DNA of 64,000 nt from positions 7,508-71,507 of the forward strand of contig DF236950.1 of assembly GCA_000708835.1 (NCBI GenBank). The letters run 5' to 3'. Origin of the DNA: Klebsormidium nitens. Taxonomy: Eukaryota; Plantae; Klebsormidiophyceae. The notes under the pieces were generated by a model, which did not search any database, was not told where the DNA came from, and saw nothing but the letters and a program-made list of their open reading frames with translations. Shown here piece after piece: positions 62,448-64,000 of the stretch. Each line of letters begins with the position of its first letter. Position 1 is the stretch's first letter. The position numbers and the translations under genes were made by a program.

Positions 62448-64000
62448 CTTTGAGCTGGCTTGATCAGCCGCGAGTGCTCATGGCGGCAGTTGTACTATTG
62501 CAATTGTATAGCGGCGTTCTAGAAGTCCTCCTTTGTCTAAGGGCACTTCTGTGTATAGAATAGGAGGGTTGAGGTTGCTTCGGTTGTCTCTCTGTATCAT
62601 TCCTTTCAGTTGCAAGGAAGGTTATAAGGGCTATGCACGAGGGATTACTTCAATATATGTACGGTATGATCAAGACCGAGTCACGCTTCATGAGGAGATT
62701 GCTGTGGTAAAATTAAGCGTTGGCCCAAGCTTGCATGACGCGTACGCTGTTTGAATATTGCAGAACTCTACATTGCTTCAACACTTAGCAATGTACGTAG
62801 CACTTGACATGCAAAAACACCTGTGTGCAATCTGGCTAAGCTGCGCGCAGTTAGCCCGGCCCCATGGTCTGCAACATGCCCAGGGGACCCCATGCACATT
62901 CCCATTCGTAATGATGTTTATGCGATCGAAGACGTTTTCGGTGATGCGTTTCAAGATGTTCTCTTTTCAAAGATGATCGGCTTGATTGTAGCATGCCGCC
63001 CCTCGCATCACTTCATGCATTATATATTGATTGAACACTGAACGACCAATGATATCGATACAGAACTGTATGGCCGCCCCTGAGATCATACATGTCCAAT
63101 GGCGATCCGTGGTATGCACCATCTGGCATGCATTGAATCACATATGCAGGAATTGAGATCGGTCATGCTCGATCGGATCGACGCTTGGCCCATATTGTGC
63201 TTCAAGTGGTCGGCGGCCGCGCTGCGAATGATGCCATGTAGGATATAGCGTTGCATGATAATGCCATTTGCGAGCGCGAGCCTGACGCATTCAATTTGCA
63301 ACGCGATCACATGGCGTGACTGCGTGCATCGGATTCAAGGGAGACCAGTTCGAGGCTTGCCGGGTAGCTACTTTTTATGCTATCATGCAACCTGTACCGG
63401 TGAGTGCGGCAGCCCCATGGGCCCGGTCGGCCCCCGATTAATGTATCGGGGGCAAATTGGACTTTGGTCGCACGTGATTTGACTCTGGATTCTATACAAA
63501 GCGTATAATATAGCACTTACTGGCAAAGATTCCGGGGCGCCTTATTAGCTAGTGTCAATTCACCTTGAACTTTTGCAATTGAGGCCGGCCGGTATACGTC
63601 AGCCTTCTACTATTTCTATTGCAACCCTGAGTGCTGTCTGTTAAAACTAACTATGTAGGATAACTTGCTGGTGCATCTTTCTTACAAACCTGCAAAAATG
63701 TTGCTTAGCTTATTCAGAGTCGTGGCGAAGAACCACGTTGTAGATCTTAACCGAAAACACTATACGAATACATATTATAAAGCCTGCCGCGCTCAACGCT
63801 CAAACTTCGTACGTTCAATTGTACTATTTTACTTCCATATGGTCGACTATGTCCCAAAATGTACGACCTACACATATACTTGCTCACGCAATACATAGAC
63901 CCATGACTACTCTAGTACCTAGCACCTGCTCCGAGCCCGCTAGAGCTAGTAGAGCAGAAATGAGCCAGAGCTTATAGACATATGTACCGCATACTACGAG

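Noticed and set aside
37700-63500. CATG/GATC/TGCA-rich intergenic tracts at ~37.7-38.4, 44.4-45.4 and 62.7-63.5 kb as one dispersed repeat family
   Set aside because: Only weak patchy similarity by eye (e.g. CATTGAATCA...GATC); no boundaries could be defined without alignment.

Overview
Intron-rich eukaryotic genomic DNA with GC-rich exons, GT-AG introns and plant-type genes. It resembles a streptophyte/green alga such as Klebsormidium (inference only). The left half is mobile-element territory. It holds (i) a spliced virus/plasmid-type Prim-Pol + Zn-finger + D5_N primase(-helicase) gene surrounded by a ~100-bp repeat family (1-5.3 kb), (ii) a heavily C>T-decayed multi-exon pseudogene (9.2-12.7 kb, continuing at 29.4-29.7 kb), and (iii) a complete 16.6-kb Mutator-like transposon (12746-29387) inserted into that pseudogene. 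The transposon has a perfect 9-bp TSD (TTGTTCAAC) and degenerate 45-bp TIRs. It encodes a DDE/CxxH/SWIM transposase on +. On - it encodes a large multi-exon protein with a ParB-like domain and a possible degenerate DNA-methyltransferase fold, plus an OTU-protease ORF. Its introns and intergenic DNA carry 26 copies of a 25-bp operator-like palindrome (AGYRTCRCA-N7-TGCGAYRCT) that I did not see outside the element. This is the most striking feature of the window. The right half (35-62.5 kb) is ordinary host genes: S1/zinc-knuckle protein, HdeD/DUF308 membrane protein, F-box protein, coiled-coil protein, Rieske oxygenase and RD19-like papain protease. All assignments are by eye from motifs; no searches were run.
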